Positions 14,132 to 26,989 are shown, numbered from the whole stretch's first letter. The stretch is 64,000 nt of DNA, filler included, from Gonapodya sp. JEL0774 (GCA_027604505.1; 28 parts of 28 records of this genome joined end to end with filler, not necessarily neighbours in it), one strand, 5' to 3'. Translations and numbers: made by a program. Notes: generated by a model from the letters alone, not told the origin.

Positions 14132-16022
14132 ATGGACGGGTCAAAAGATACAGAACGTGGGAATCAGAAGCTTTTGACGCAAGAAAAAACTCTCTCGTCC
14201 CCGCTTCCGGAGAAATTGGATGCCCGCTTTTGGTGGAATGTGAGGACCAGTGACCGTCACATTTCGGAACACGATTGGCGATACGTAGCAACATGAGTTT
14301 CTCACGAACTTCTCAGATAACATGGCTTTGGATTGCTTGGACACTGGGCTACTCGGTCCACTTCGCTCATTTTACGTGAGCCTCGGACGGGAATTCAAAC
14401 TTCGACGTATCTGTTGTTCATTTAGGGTTGTGATTCGAATTCAGAGCAACAAACGCCATCGCCAAGGAAATGACGAGTTCTGATATACTCTCCACCATAC
14501 CGGCTGGGTTGATTTATCTGGGTGCTGTTGCTTGCAAGTTACCCCCACTCAAATGCATATTCCGTATCTCATTTTTGAAACATAAACCAAAAATTTAGCT
14601 GCAATGCCTCTGTCAATCCTTGGAGAGCGTTTGGGACTTCGATTGTCCTACCTCATTGGCCTTCTGGGTGGAATAACAGCAGCAATACTATGTCTCCTCG
14701 CGATGCGGTTTTGGTCTTATCCTCTCCTATGTGTCGCCCTAATCTTCCAAGGAACTCAGTCTGCAACCACGGCGTTGCTTCGATTCGGTGTACGAGCTAT
14801 CGCCCCAGAGTCTCGGAGGAGTCTTGCCCTCTCCATTGTAGTTTCTGGAGCCTCTGCCGCTTCTGTCATTGGCCCGCAGATGGTAAGGGGAACTCAAAAT
14901 CTTGTACCGGAATACCGGTACCTTGGTATTTACATTGTCATACTCGGAATGTTGGCTGTGAGTTTCCTGCCCTCTTGACCTATGTGATGAAATTACTGCG
15001 ACACATATTTTTTGTCGAATCAGGCGATGGCAGGTGCCCTCCTTCTTGTACGATTTCCTCCTGACGCAAGAAAGGGCGTTACTGCAGATCCCAGAACTCC
15101 AGATGGATATGATATTTCGGAAGTGCCACGATGGGTTCTCATTCGGTCATTCTTTCGGCACAAACCCATCCTCATCGCAGCCATCGCGGGACTCGCTTCT
15201 TGGGTCATTATGGTTCTAGCAATGATGCCAGCGCCACTCGCAATTTTGAACACTGGTCACTCCTTTGACGATCAGGGTAGGCTTTGAAGATCACGCTGTT
15301 TGAATGATCCCGGCTGGGTCTGCCTTGTCTGTGTTCTCATCTCCCCACCGCCTGTCTTCCAGTTAACGTTATGATGTACCATACTCTGGGCATGTTCGCT
15401 CCTGCTCTCATGGCTGGTCCTTTGATTGATCGGTTCGGGGCGATGGAGATAATCATCGTAAGATTGCGCGCCGACTAAGGGCTTGTCTACTATTTGATCG
15501 TGGACCTTCTAACATCCATGGATGCAAGGTTGGATATATTTTACTCTCGGCGGGGATTTTGAGTTTGTTTTGGGCAGGAGAAGGATCGATTGGTTTGAAT
15601 TGGTTCTCAGTTGGAGAGTCGGTTCATGGTACGTTCAAGACAGGCCCCTTTGGAAATCCGATCCAATGCACGAACGCAGTGAAATGATTTCCTTTTTCGA
15701 ATTTCTGGTACGTCCCTTTGCATAATGTCTCAGCCGTCGGTTGGGCGTTCACGTACGTTGCTACGAGCGCCATTATTCTCAAAAAAGCGGCCGCTGGTCG
15801 TGAATCTCAGACGATACAGGGGTTCTTTGTAAGCTCGCTGTGCCATTACGACATTATATGCGCGAGGTTTTCACATGTGCGAGACGTTGTATTCAGGATT
15901 CAACACAATCAATCCTCTCGGGCGTAACTGTGGTTCTGTCTGGGACTCTGTACAAGGGGCTGAGTTGGGGTCCTCTCGTGGCTCTTAATCTCGCGATGAC
16001 TGGTATTGTGCTTTTAACTATG
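14132..16022 (+). CDS. MFS transporter, RfnT-like family, multi-exon, 3' truncated
   Basis: LGERLGLRLSY, LRFGVRAIAPESRRSLALSIVVSG...VIGP, IMVLAMMPAPLAILNTGH and YHTLGMFAPALMAGPLIDRFG. Confidence 0.8.
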
Positions 16023-16123
16023 NNNNNNNNNNNNNNNNNNNNNNNNNNNNNNNNNNNNNNNNNNNNTTAATTAATTAANNNNNNNNNNNNNNNNNNNNNN
16101 NNNNNNNNNNNNNNNNNNNNNNC

Positions 16124-18323
16124 CTGTAAGTGGAGTTTTGGATCTCCTTTTCTGTTTCTGTAATTCAATTTGAAAACAGTGTATCAATCAACAGGATCAT
16201 TTCAACCCGAGGGAGCTCCATTAAGATAGACATAGGACCTTCCATCCCTTGCACATCAACTTGAATAGCTGACTCTGGCGCTTGCAACGTGGTCAAGGGC
16301 ACGGAAATGACCATGGCACTGGAGATGGCACTGTGTGGGTATCCACTAGACCCGGCCTGTGACAAGACAGTGATGAACCTGGCGTTGGCCACCCTCTCGT
16401 CGTCGTACCCATATCCAATGTACATGGCACCTTCAGCTTCAACTACTGGGGCAAGGTGCGCCGAAGACGCTGCAGGTCCTGGACCAGGTGCGCCTGTGGT
16501 GGGCAGGGTCCTCCTTGGCGGGGTGTGGCCGTCAAGGTCCCAGTCCTGATCCCTGTCTGTTTGAGTGCTCCCACTGTTTGAGACTGAGGAGGTGGTGACG
16601 CCCGACAACTCCTGGGCAAATGCGCCGACAAGACCAAGGTCGCCGGACTGGGCGCATCATTGGGCGCAGGTTGTGGTGCTGGGGGCAGCAACACCCTCTG
16701 CACTGATGTGCGCTGCTGCACTTCTGATGATGAGGACTTCACCCCTCCGTTTGCAAACCCTGCGGATGTGGGTGATGATCGTGCCCCTGCCCCAGCCCCC
16801 ACGTTTCTCTCCCCTTTCCCGTTCCCAGTGTTTCTTTTTCTTGGCTTGGCAACCGGCCTGGCTCCTGACTGGTCCCACCCAGCCGAGTACTCTTCCTTCT
16901 TATCCAGCAATCACTGCCGTTTGTGCATCTGTTGGATAGGCACTGTTCATTTGATTGTGTGGGTCTTTGGCCTCCCTGCTCGATTCCTACTCCATATCAC
17001 CTTAGCCAACGCTCTTGCGTCGCTCCTCCAACCTGACTCAACTGATCTCCCTTGCCTTTCCCCATCCCCCAGCTCAAGCGCATCTGTCCCCGGCCCTCAG
17101 ATCCCTCCCCCTCGCCCTCACACTACCATCCCCTCAACAACGACCCCATCCTCACCCACCCCACCCGCCGCATCCTCCTCTTCAACGCAAACAAGTACTT
17201 GGACTTTTCCGGTGGAGGGGGCATGTGACAGTATTTGACCTTTGCATTTCCCCCCTTTCTTTCTTCATTCCTTTTCCAGCATCTACTTCATCCTCCGCAA
17301 CCACACAGGCACGCCCATCGCCACGGGTCTCAGAACGCCTATCCTCGTTACAGACGACCACAAGAGCCAAGTCAAGAGCCAGAGCCAGGGCATTGTGGTC
17401 GGCAAAATTGTCGGTGGGGTGGGCAACAGTACTGGCACCGGAACCGGATCAGGAACTGGTGCATTCCAGCAGGTGCCCCTCCCTGTGCTTGTCCAGGTGA
17501 AGCAAGTGCCTATTCAGCAGATGCGCAAACGGCAGCACCTGCTTGATGAGGAGGGAGATTACTCGGCTGGGGGGGACAAGGCGGTGGCCAGGCTGGTCAC
17601 CAAGCCAAGAAAAAGAAACACTGGGAACGGGAAAGGGGACAGAAACGCGGGGGCTGGGGCGGGGGTAGGATCATCACCCACATCCGCAGGGTTTGCAAAC
17701 AGAGGGGTGAAGTTGTCGTCATCGGCGGTGCAGCGGCACACGTCAGTGCAGAGGGTGTTGCTGCCCCCAGCACCACAGCCTTCGCCGGATGATGCGCCCA
17801 GTCCGGCAACATTGGTCTTGTCGGCGCATTTGCCAGGAGTTGTCGGGCGTCACTGCCTCCTCAGTCTCAACCAGTAGCACCATTAAACAGTGGGAGCACT
17901 CAAACAGACAGGGATCAGGACTCGGACTGTGACTGCCACACCCTGCTGAGGAGGACCACGCCCACCACAGGCGCACCTGGTCCAGGACCTGCGGCGTCTT
18001 CAGCGCACCTTCCCCCAGTAGTTGCAGCTGAAGTTCCCATGTACATCGGATATGGGTACAACGACAAGAGGGTGGCCAGCACTGGGTTCAATGCTGTCTT
18101 GTCACGGGCCGGGTCTAGTGGATACCCACATGGTGCCATCTCCATGCCCATGAGCATGTCGCAAGTGCCAGAGTCAGCTATTCAAGTCAATGTGCAAGGG
18201 GTGGAAGGTCCTATGTCTATCTTAATGGAGCCCACTCTGGTTGGAAATGATCCTGTTGATCGAAACACTGTTTTCAAATTTAATTACAGAAACAGAAAAG
18301 GAGATCCAAAACTCCACTTACAG
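16124..18323. repeat. Contig-wide diverged inverted repeat (arms about 16124-16952 and 17492-18323)
   Basis: The contig start CTGTAAGTGGAGTTTTGGATCTCCTTTTCTGTTTCTGTAATT is the reverse complement of the contig end. The arms encode the same peptides on opposite strands (KPRKRNTGNGKG...SSPTSAGFAN...SVQRVLLPPAPQP). Confidence 0.95.
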
Positions 18324-18424
18324 ANNNNNNNNNNNNNNNNNNNNNNNNNNNNNNNNNNNNNNNNNNNNTTAATTAATTAANNNNNNNNNNNNNNNNNNNN
18401 NNNNNNNNNNNNNNNNNNNNNNNN

Positions 18425-20219
18425 ACTCTATCACCGATACTGTCATCGCTCGGGTCACTGAATTCTCCGTGTTTATTCATTTGGCCGGAACGGTACGCTG
18501 AACTTTTGCCATTACTGTCGGCGATGATCTCCAAATTTCTGGTGGCAATTCTCATTCTCTTTCTGAACTCCGTTCCAGCTTTTCATCATTGTGGTGTTGC
18601 TTGCAAAAGCTCCGCAGCTACAATCCTCCAAATTTGTGTTTACCGACTTTGAAAACGCTACCGGTCAAGATTCCGAGGGTTTTGCCGTTCTTCTCGGATT
18701 CCTCTTCCCTGCTTGGACTGTGAGCACCGCCGCTCGATAATAGCGCAGATCCACTCGAGATTTGACAAAGATGGATTGGTTTTTGTGTTCTTGTAGTACC
18801 TTGGCTACGATGCTTCCGCACACGTGTCAGAGGAAACCCAAAACTCTCACACTGAGGCGGCCAAGGGTGTCATCCTATCTGTCGTGATTTCCATCGTAGG
18901 TTCCAGCTCACTTGAAGTAGTTGCCCGATTAACGGTATCTGAGCGTATTACGTTTCTTCGCAGTTTGCCGGGTTCGCACTCATGATCGGATGTCTGTACG
19001 CCATACAAGACGTCGATGCGGTGCTCGGATCTCCTTTCCCCCAACAGATCATGCAGATCTTCGTGGATGCCACCGGGAAGGAATGGGCGACAGTTTTGAT
19101 GACGATTGTCATTGCCGCGTCAATCTGCTGCATCATCTGTGCAATTACCGGTAAGTAGTGGGTCACGTACTCGCCTGCACCGTTCAAATTTGAACAAGTT
19201 CTGAACGCCAAACCATCTATACCTACAGCCAACAGTCGCATGATGTACGGTGAGTTTGGGTCAACAGTGCATTGAAAAGTTGTTGTCACAGTCAACTCAG
19301 CTGGATATTCTCACGGCTACAGCATTCGCCCGAGACGCTGGATTTGGCCACGCGGTCTCCAAATTCTTCTATTGGTCCCACCCGGAAACAAAACTTCCAC
19401 TCCGAACAGTGTGGCTCGGTACCGGAGGTGAGCTTAATGGATGTATTGTCGAATAATTTCATATGCGTGCCTGACCAGATGTTGGTCGTCTCTTCTCATC
19501 GCAGTCGGCATGGTAATCACAACCGCTGGCTTTGGAAGTAGTGTCGCGCTCTCCGCCTTTGCCTCGATTGGGTGAGTTGCATAATTTTGAGGGAGCTCAT
19601 TGATTCGGATTCCATGTTCATGACATCGAAATATTAATGAACCTTGCAGAACAATCGGACTCATGACGGCGTACATCATTCCAACTATGGTGAAAGCGTT
19701 CATTGCAAGGGACAGCTTTAAGCAAGGACGTGAGTCTTCCTTGAATCGATCACACGTTGATATTTGTGGTCCTGACACGACACTTGAATTTGCGAAAGCC
19801 ATTCACCTCGGACCGTTCTCCCTGATAATCAACTACATCGCGATATGCTGGGTCTGCTTCTTATTTGTGCTCCTCTGTCTTCCCTCATTCTACCCCGTAA
19901 CGGCAATGAACTTGAATTGTTGGTTTACTACGATGAAGTGCTTTTGATTTTGAGGCGGGACTAACATTTGTTTATTCCACAGACGCTCCTATTATGGTTG
20001 GCTTCATTGTCACGTTTACGACTTTGTATTGGGTCCTGGTGAGTTACAACGAGTTGCTCCCCTCAGACCAATGACCAACTCATCTCACCTTCGCACTCCA
20101 AATCTCAGTCCGCCCGCAAATGGTTCAAGGGCCCGATCATCCATGTTACCGAGGAAGAGATAGCGGCACTGGAAAAGGATGCGGTCAAGAAACCCGAAGA
20201 GCTTGGCGCTGCAGCTTGA
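18425..20219 (+). CDS. APC/ACT-family amino acid, GABA or choline permease, 5' truncated, many short exons
   Basis: FVFTDFENATG...LLGFLFPAWT|YLGYDASAHVSEET, ANSRMMY|AFARDAG, FHLGPFS-like IHLGPFS...LPSFYPVTAMNLN and ARKWFKGP. Confidence 0.9.
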
Positions 20220-20480
20220 TGCACCTCGGCACAACAGACAAAACTGATGACACTGTCTCATAACATAACTTTGTAATATCTTCGATCGTTGATAATTTTG
20301 ATCATTACTCGAGTAAAGTGCGTGCGTGTAGACTTTTCCGACAAATGTGCACTGGTTGAGGCGAGTGAGAGTCGTGCCGTTCGGGCCGAGCGAGCCGATG
20401 CTACACATCTCCCCACATTATAACACCGAGCCTATCACGTTTTTCTCACAATCGAGTAATTTTTTCTGATGACGATCTCA

Positions 20481-20626
20481 ATGTCTGCAAGCTCCCGGAT
20501 GGTAAACAAGTCCACGGTGAGCTTTTGGTCCCACCATTCACAACCGAATGTACACCGACCGGTGCTTCTTCGCTGCTTCACATCAAATAAGGGCAAGGGT
20601 CGTGTTGCGCTAATCACTGGATCTGC
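20481..20626 (+). CDS. Short-chain dehydrogenase/reductase, N-terminus only
   Basis: MSASSRMVNKST, an intron, then GKGRVALITGS(A), the start of a TGxxxGIG Rossmann motif, cut by the contig end. Confidence 0.55.
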
Positions 20627-21003
20627 NNNNNNNNNNNNNNNNNNNNNNNNNNNNNNNNNNNNNNNNNNNNTTAATTAATTAANNNNNNNNNNNNNNNNNN
20701 NNNNNNNNNNNNNNNNNNNNNNNNNNATCCTTGATCGCCACGTCTCTTCAAGTCTCTAAGTTGATGGCATGGCAGACGGCTTTGCAGTTTCCTCCTCTGC
20801 CCAGAATAGTTCCCGTGAACTTGATGTGACCCCAGACCGATCAAGGGAAGATACGGGAACCTCAATGAAACGGATAGATATTTGGGACGAAGACATATCA
20901 ATTGATAAGATCTCAAAGAGTGGTTGAGCGGAGTGGTGTCAAAGTTGTGTGATGATCTGGTCTTGCATCTCTGGAAATGTATGACCCGCCATTGCGAAGC
21001 TGG

Positions 21004-21056
21004 GTTCACTTCGTTCGAACATGGTGTCTGTGTTCACTTCGCTCGAACATGGTGTC
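21004..21056. repeat. Two-copy direct repeat with 28-bp period
   Basis: GTTCACTTCGTTCGAACATGGTGTC (21004-21028) and GTTCACTTCGCTCGAACATGGTGTC (21032-21056). Confidence 0.9.
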
Positions 21057-21400
21057 GCTACGAATGTTAACCTGTGCAATGAATGGTAAAACTTGATATG
21101 CACTCTCGCGCAACCGTTTGTATGCGCTCTCAAGATCATCATGGCGCTGTACTTCCCGGCCTAGCTGGAATTTATGATATTCTGTACTTTTTCCGCGGTT
21201 CCCACTATCACATTCCCCATGCAGCAACTCTATAAATTTATTCTTTCTTTCGTCAAAATCACGTCGCGTTCTTGGTCATCTCGAAGTTTGTGCGCTGTTC
21301 GGCTTCTCCTCTCCAGCCGATCCGGGATCCGCCACCTGCCAGCAGTGGAATCCAAAATCTGTCTGCTGGTTCATTCCCCCAAGCGCAAACACTCTTCGCG

Positions 21401-22825
21401 ATGTCTTCCGGAATCCTCGGCCCCAACCGTGTCGAATTCACCGCCACGACCTCGGGTGTGTGGATGCTTCAAGTCGTTGTTGCTTCCGATCACCTCCTTG
21501 AATCACCCATCATCACCTCTTTACAGACTCCCTTCGCCTCTCGTGCCTCCTTGAGAAGAAACAACCCCTTTCCGACGATGTGGTGGTGATTGCTCACGGG
21601 AGCATGGACAACAAGAGGAGTCCGGTCATTCGTGGATTGGCGGAAGGGTTGCCTTGGAATGTAGTGACGTTCGATTTTAGAGGAGTGAGTTTGAGAGCTG
21701 TGCGACAGTCGTAGTGGTGTCTCTATTGAAGATTGGAGCTGATGCACTTCGTGTTGGTATGGTGTGTCGTTGGTCATTTCGGTATGACTGGAAGATGGGA
21801 GAGTCGGACGGGGACAGCAATCTCGGTACGTTCATCAAATGGCGATCTCCGTCCTCCTGAAGTACTGGAAGTCCATCAGTGCAACACCTATCCCCCTAAC
21901 TTAATAAATTGTCCGAACCTCACCATCACAGGCAACTACTTTGAGGAAAAGGAGGATCTCCACGCCGTATGCGAGCATTTGTGCAAGCAGCTGAGGATGA
22001 AAGTTATTGCCATCGTCTGTACGTTTCGTGGCTTGAGTCGGCACCGAATCCCATCGTCGGGAAGTCAAAACTCACATCTCCCTACACGCCCCCGAACAAA
22101 ATTCTCGTACGATACTTCGCAGCGCACTCAAAGGGCACTCTTTCGACCCTCCTGTATGCCACCACGTACCCTTCCCGCTCACCTCTCCTGATCCTCTGCA
22201 ATCCTCCTTACTCCCACGACCGTCCCTCCAGCGACCCTGAGTTTGCCGCAGCCGTGCAACAAGTTATGGAGACGGGCAAACCCGTGGTTCGTGGAACATA
22301 TAGGAACAAGGGCCGGGTGAAGGAGATGGTGTTAACCAAGGAGATTTTGCTGAGGAGGAAAGCGGTGGATATGGGGGCAGTATGTGGGAAGGTGAAAGAT
22401 GATGTGGAGGTCCAAGTCTTGACCGCAGCGAATGACGAGGTTGTGAGTTGATTGAACGAATTTTTTGGAGCGGATTCTGCAGGTGTAGGAATGGTGATCC
22501 CATTTGGGTTCCGTATCAGCTCCCCGTCGAGGATTCCCGCCTTTTCGAGAAGGCATTTGCACGCCGTGGTATCAAAATGGCCGTACTGCCGAACTGTGGG
22601 CATGTGAGTACCAGCCTCCGGTGTCCACCCACATCATTCCCTCTGACTCTCGCCCTTATCGGATCACTCAAGTACTACCGAACACCACGGGAGCAAGCTG
22701 CACTCGCTGTGCAGGTACGAAAGTACATTTTCGAGAGCGTGGAAAGGCGGAAAGCGGCGGAGGGTGCGGGTGCTGTGGGTGCGAGTGCAGCGAAGAAGAA
22801 GGGGGGATTTAAATTGAAGCTGTAG
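21401..22825 (+). CDS. Alpha/beta hydrolase, apparently complete, multi-exon
   Basis: VVIAHGSMDNK, FDFRG|MGESDGDSNLG|NYFEEKEDL, nucleophile elbow (S)HSKG, acid in AANDEV and His in NCGH. Confidence 0.85.
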
Positions 22826-23027
22826 AGTATGTACCTGAAATTATTCTCTAGCAAGGTATTTGAGCATGCGGATTGTCCACTGCACTGGAATTGGTACTTG
22901 AGCTGGATCCACCATCACACCCACAAGNNNNNNNNNNNNNNNNNNNNNNNNNNNNNNNNNNNNNNNNNNNNTTAATTAATTAANNNNNNNNNNNNNNNNN
23001 NNNNNNNNNNNNNNNNNNNNNNNNNNN

Positions 23028-25225
23028 ACGCTTGAACTCGTTTCCCAATCCACCTTGGTGATCATTTGAGCCACACCACAAAAATGTCCACTGGCATTCA
23101 CGGAGAAGAACAAGTAAACCGGAGCAGACGGATTGGGTCCGGGCGAAGTGGTGGGACCTGAGGACGACTGGGCTGCAGAGGGAACCGCTGCGTCCAAGAA
23201 GGCTGCGTTGAGTCGACGGTTTCCCATATCCGTGGAAGACCAAATGGAATATTTGAGCGATTTGTGAACGTCATCTTCCGTGAAAGATTTGATGACGAAG
23301 AACCGCGCGTGCTAAAGTGCAGGATGCGATCATGAGAGAGGAAGCATGTGAAGTTAGAACGTGGTTGTGGTACCCCTATCACGGTAACCTCGCGACCGAC
23401 AAACTGAGGACTCACGCTCCCAACCCGGGCATAGTTGAACTCCTGCCTCCCAGGATTGACCCCGCGTTCCTTGAAAAGCTCCTGCACCTTCTTCTTCGCG
23501 TCCCTACTGTCTACTGCACTTCCCGTAGGTACCAACGACACACCAGGTGTGGACAAACTGGCGGCGGAGGGACTAGGCGCAGGCTTGAGCGTCATGGGCG
23601 TGCGAGAAGGCAAGGTGGCCCACCCAGACAAGCCACTTGAAGATGTGCTCGGCGGTGGTGAGGAGGCAACCACTGTTGGTGCCACCGGCCTGGCCTGTCC
23701 GGTAGCGCTGACAACAACCGACCCCGTCGGGCTTGCCCCTCCGACAATGTTCGGGCTCGTACTCGCTCCAGATCCGGCCCCAGTGACCACTGCCGCTGCA
23801 ACCACGCTCCCCGCAGCACCCACTTTCGCTGCCACGGGAGCCTTCGCGATCGTCGCCCACGACATGGGTTTTTTTGGACTGGAACCTGACGGGGGTGCAG
23901 CTTGAGCGGGGTTCCCTTTTGTTGTTGTCGCAGGACTGGCCTGACCCAGCGTCAATCCTACCGCAGGACCCGACGTTGTTGGTGACGGGGAAATTCTTTT
24001 CACGGTGTGATCTACTGCCGTTTCAGAGAGGGGAGTCTCGTGTACCAGCATACCACCAGAGTCCCGTTTGTCCATCACAACAGTCTCAACTAGATTCCTC
24101 CCATTCTCTTTACCACCTTCATAACGATTGTCACCGCCATTGGATTCCACCTCTGCCCCTGCCTGGTCCACCGAGGCGGACGCAGGACCACTGTCAGTTA
24201 CCTTTTCGGCTGCTTCACCAGTACGATTCTGCCTTGGTTCAGGCTCACCACCGTGTCCATCTTGTGCTCTTTGTTCTTGGATTTCCTCTCGGAACCCAAA
24301 ATCGGCTACCCCACTTGCTCCCCCTGCTTCCGTCTTCCCGCTCAGCTCCCGGGCCACTCCTCCATTGACATTCCCGACTCCATCCTCGTTGTCGAATCGT
24401 ATACCCTCGCCCAATACCCCGACCAGCCCCGCGATTGACCTTTCGGTAGCCCTCCATCCGCTCTCCGTCCATGCTGCGTCTGCCTCTGCGTCCGCGTCCG
24501 TGAGCCCCAGAGCTCCGACTGTACTTTTTTGAGCAGGTGATGGTGCGAGTCCAAGTTCGGCGAGCCCGAGTCCGGTACCCCTGGCGCTGTCAAGATCGCC
24601 CACCGGAACGCCGTTGGCAACAGTCCCGCCGCCAGCACTGGACAATCCGATTGATCCCAGCCCAAGTCCCATTCCAAGTCCGAGTCCAGGTGGGGCCGTG
24701 ACGGTCACCGCGGATGTTGCTAGTCCAGGCGGGGGCCGTCTTACTCCACCACTCGCCGCAGGAGCACCCACCGCAGTTGTTGTCCCGGTGACCTGTTCCA
24801 ATCCACCCCGTCCACCGTGATGTCCCTCGACCATCTCGTCGATCCCCAATCGCCTAGCGACCTCATCGTACCCGAACTGGCTGGCTGCATCGCCAAACGG
24901 GAAGGAAAAATCTTTCACACCCGTGGCCGATGCCGGCCCGGATCCGAGGGAGCCAGTGCTTTCCCGTTTGGTGTAGAGAACAGGATTCCAGCCTCCAGCA
25001 CCGCCACCAACGCTGACAGTACTTACACTGGCACTTCCCGCGCCTCCTGTGATGCTCAGTCCCTGGTCTCCGCCCATTCCAGCTGACGCCGCGGAGGCGG
25101 CGCTCGAGTCCAAACCGGCCAATCCGCCGGAACTTCTGGTGGCAGCAGATATCACGGCCACGGCGGCTGCGAAACCATTGCTGGAGGATGCGGTACGTGC
25201 TGGTCCTGCACCTGCTGTTCCTAGT
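23028..25225 (-). CDS. YTH-domain m6A reader (YTHDF/Pho92 type) with long low-complexity N-terminus, both ends truncated
   Basis: After intron 23415..23312: [37 protein letters not shown]...[20 protein letters not shown]. Confidence 0.95.
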
Positions 25226-25389
25226 NNNNNNNNNNNNNNNNNNNNNNNNNNNNNNNNNNNNNNNNNNNNTTAATTAATTAANNNNNNNNNNNNNNNNNNN
25301 NNNNNNNNNNNNNNNNNNNNNNNNNCTGCTTCTCTCCGCCATCAAACAACGCGCCTTATCCTGCCCATCATTCAATCGTGCAATCTTTG

Positions 25390-26989
25390 ATGTCAACAAC
25401 AGCAGGAGAATCAGCGGATTCTGCTGGCGTTCGTTCATTGCCTGTTTGATTTGGTGAAGTGCAAGCTGTGGTCTCAGGTCACACAACTCCCTCTTGACAG
25501 GGATTGTCTTGATGCACAAAGGAAACGCTCTGGCAATATTATTCTTTCATGGGCTGGATGGAAGTCAAACTGATCTGCTGGTGAGCTTCATCATACAGGT
25601 CGTTCAGGACTGATTGGTTGATCGACCGGCCGCCGGCGTGGGGCCATCTACAGAACTTCGACGATATTGTACGCAAGCAGTTCGAGGGTCTTTTCTCGAA
25701 AGACCATGCTCGCCTATATACTCATCGGGCCTCGTTGTACGCGAATAAAACTCATGCGGGAGTGGAAACGATCTCCAAAATCGCGGCTGACGAGACTACC
25801 GAGTTTCTTCGCTGCATCACCAAAGAACTGACAATGTCAAAAACTATGGAGTGGACTCTATGGGTGACTTTTGTCGGCCACAGTCTGGGCGGTCTGGTCG
25901 CGAAAGGAGTCGCCAAGATTCTTTTCTTTGGAGAGGCGAACACTGACGTTCCGTCGGCCAACGCCGCGGCGGAGTCCAGCTATAGTCCAAATTTGGAGCA
26001 CTCAAGCATGGGTCCGTTCCGCGGTGGATTACTGGGACCTCAGAGTCATGATTCGTCTGGGGAGAATCGGGTGCGGTTGAGAGCGCTCTCACACATGACG
26101 GTGGGCTCTCAGGAACTGAAATTATTGATACGGTAGCAATCTATTGATGGGACTTGTTGCACTTCAGATTTCCACACCGCACTTGGGAGTGCGCCCGGCA
26201 GGCCCCTTCCGACGCTCACTCATGTCCTTTCTGATGGGGCCAACAGGGTATGAGATGACACTAACGGACTCCGAAATTCTCTCTGACTGTACACTCTCGA
26301 AATTCTCGGCACACGCAGGCCCGTGGGCGCGCGCAGTTATGATGTTCCCGTGCAGGACACTTGTCGGGCTCAGTGGAAACGATATTGTCCCTCTAGAGTC
26401 TGCGACCGCGCTTCCCGGAAACCCGTTTGCACAAGAGTTAACGCCAAGCTCTTCTGATTCTTCCCCGAGCTTCAAGGTTCTCGCGCATTCTGGATTTTCC
26501 TCCGAAGAATCTTTGGCACAGTTGAAAGCCTTTGCACTACAAGCAGATCACGAATGTAGTACATCAGACTCATACAAAAGTTTCTTTGGTGAACATCTTT
26601 GGACACTACAGGATGTTCCCGGTATTGGGTGGTGGACTGTGGAGAAACCTGATCTCGCTACTTCCACAACCCTTTTACCCGGTACGGACGATTTCTTTGA
26701 GACTAGTCACCATTCACCGCTCCTCCAGACACGTCTAGCGTCAAGGCGCTCCCTTCTCGACTTCCAAGCAACCAGTTGGCGCAGACTCGTGTTGGAGTTC
26801 TCGTTCGCGTTCTTTTACGACCGAATGGCGACACACGCAATTGCCGTGGGAGAACATATACCTGGCGTATCTTCAGCGGCCATGGAAGTTGGGAAGCAGT
26901 CTGCGGGGTGTCTCGCGCGGATCTTGTTGCTGGATTTTATGTGGTGGTCTGGCGGCGGACACTCAAAAACAACAGCAGACAATGACTGA
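25390..26989 (+). CDS. DUF676-family putative serine esterase/lipase
   Basis: FFHGLDGSQTDL, KTHAGVE, FVGHSLGGLVAK and ISTPHLGVR. The first exon boundary is uncertain. Confidence 0.85.

Noticed and set aside
21010..21020. GTTCGAAC as a tRNA T-loop/B-box
   Set aside because: No cloverleaf or A-box can be built around it.
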